A stretch of 24,000 nt of DNA from an uncultured Actinomycetota bacterium (GTDB lineage: Bacteria; Actinomycetota; Actinomycetes; Mycobacteriales; Nakamurellaceae). Position 1 is the first letter of the stretch, and every line of letters starts with the position of its first letter. The notes under the pieces were generated by a model. That model saw nothing but the letters and a program-made list of their open reading frames with translations, was not told where the DNA came from and did no database searches. This document shows, in pieces, positions 23,498 through 24,000 of this stretch. The stretch spans positions 375,376 through 399,375 of the forward strand of contig CAWEFT010000002.1 of NCBI GenBank assembly GCA_963808365.1, given 5' to 3'. Made by a program: the position numbers and the translations under genes.

Positions 23498-24000
23498 TTG
23501 CCAGGCAACTCCTCGATATCAGAGACGCGCCATACGCCGCCCTTGTCCTTTACGAATGCGAACGCTACATTAGACCGTGCGATACCGACAGTGCGCTGCT
23601 TGCCGGTCTTGATGTAGTACGAGCCGTATCGAGAAACATTTAAGCAATCGCCAAGTATTGCATGGGCCTGTGCGCCAATCGGCGTATGCCAATGAAACCT
23701 ATGTTGTACGGTCCCCTTCGTCCTGATTCCCTCTTTATCAAAGCTTGACGCGAGCGTCAATATCTTGGATTTCAAGGGATCAACAGCGACGTTGGTCAAG
23801 GCTGCAGACCTTTGCGAAGCGGGCATCGCAAAGAGGCGCAGGTAAACGTCCCAATATTTGTTCATTTGGCTCTCAATCGCGCGCCGAGAAGCTGTTTCGA
23901 GTTCGCTTATCTCAGTGCCCGTGACAATCACAGCCGTCGTATGAGTAGGCGCGGACGTGTCCTGCGTTGGCAAAATACCGGTCGACGTCCCAGGCGACGG
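23491..24000 (-). CDS. Hypothetical protein, 5' end probably beyond the window (frame is open to position 24000)
   Basis: ORF 23491..23973 as tracked (TTG start), but the same frame has no stop up to 24000. The product is ...YWDVYLRLFAMPASQRSAALTNVAVDPLKSKILTLASSFDKEGIRTKGTVQHRFHWHTPIGAQAHAILGDCLNVSRYGSYYIKTGKQRTVGIARSNVAFAFVKDKGGVWRVSDIEELPGKC. This is the lowest-GC stretch of the window (30-31 G+C per 60 nt at 23641..23760). It is translationally coupled to the next gene. I recognise no family. Confidence 0.55.
   Translation of the reverse strand, partial: PSPGTSTGILPTQDTSAPTHTTAVIVTGTEISELETASRRAIESQMNKYWDVYLRLFAMPASQRSAALTNVAVDPLKSKILTLASSFDKEGIRTKGTVQHRFHWHTPIGAQAHAILGDCLNVSRYGSYYIKTGKQRTVGIARSNVAFAFVKDKGGVWRVSDIEELPGKC

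Noticed and set aside
19858-24000. Genomic island integrated at the ssrA 3' end spanning everything to the right edge
   Set aside because: There is no integrase and no direct repeat of the ssrA 3' end visible. My sample G+C counts for the TetR/DUF4188/ATP-grasp genes (about 36-39 per 60 nt) overlap the range seen in core genes such as ftsE/ftsX. Only the last about 1.6 kb is clearly deviant, so I report that separately.

Overview
High-GC Actinomycetota chromosomal segment; hand counts on sample 60-nt lines in core genes give 40-43 G+C. Most of it is recognisable core or metabolic genes. From the left: a partial DHA2-type MFS transporter (minus strand), then a plus-strand operon with overlapping stop/start codons encoding a DDAH-like amidinotransferase-superfamily enzyme, DhaK, DhaL and an 802-aa DhaM that carries a complete Enzyme I. 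Two DMT/EamA transporters follow, then a frameshifted and truncated VOC/glyoxalase remnant and an LLM-class flavin oxidoreductase. Next is a same-strand (minus) accessory cluster: NRDE-family protein, an orphan CpaF/TadA-type secretion ATPase, a doubtful 74-codon ORF and a Fic AMPylase-type protein. The remaining core genes are coaBC, a small Cys-containing ORF, a fused ABC exporter, hisN and the conserved ftsE-ftsX-smpB-ssrA(tmRNA) block. Downstream of ssrA lie a divergent TetR/DUF4188 pair, a stand-alone ATP-grasp enzyme, and a two-gene operon at the right edge whose composition is clearly atypical (30-35 G+C per 60 nt); it encodes a membrane-anchored Cys-rich exported protein and a partial hypothetical. 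I found no CRISPR array, transposase, integrase or rRNA/tRNA gene; the only tRNA-like sequence is the tmRNA tRNA-like domain. I do not recognise a named novel system. The best candidates for follow-up are the NRDE/orphan-ATPase/Fic cluster, the low-GC exported-protein operon at the right edge, and the DDAH-dhaKLM(EI)-DMT operon architecture. All functional calls come from motif and family recognition by eye, with no database searches.
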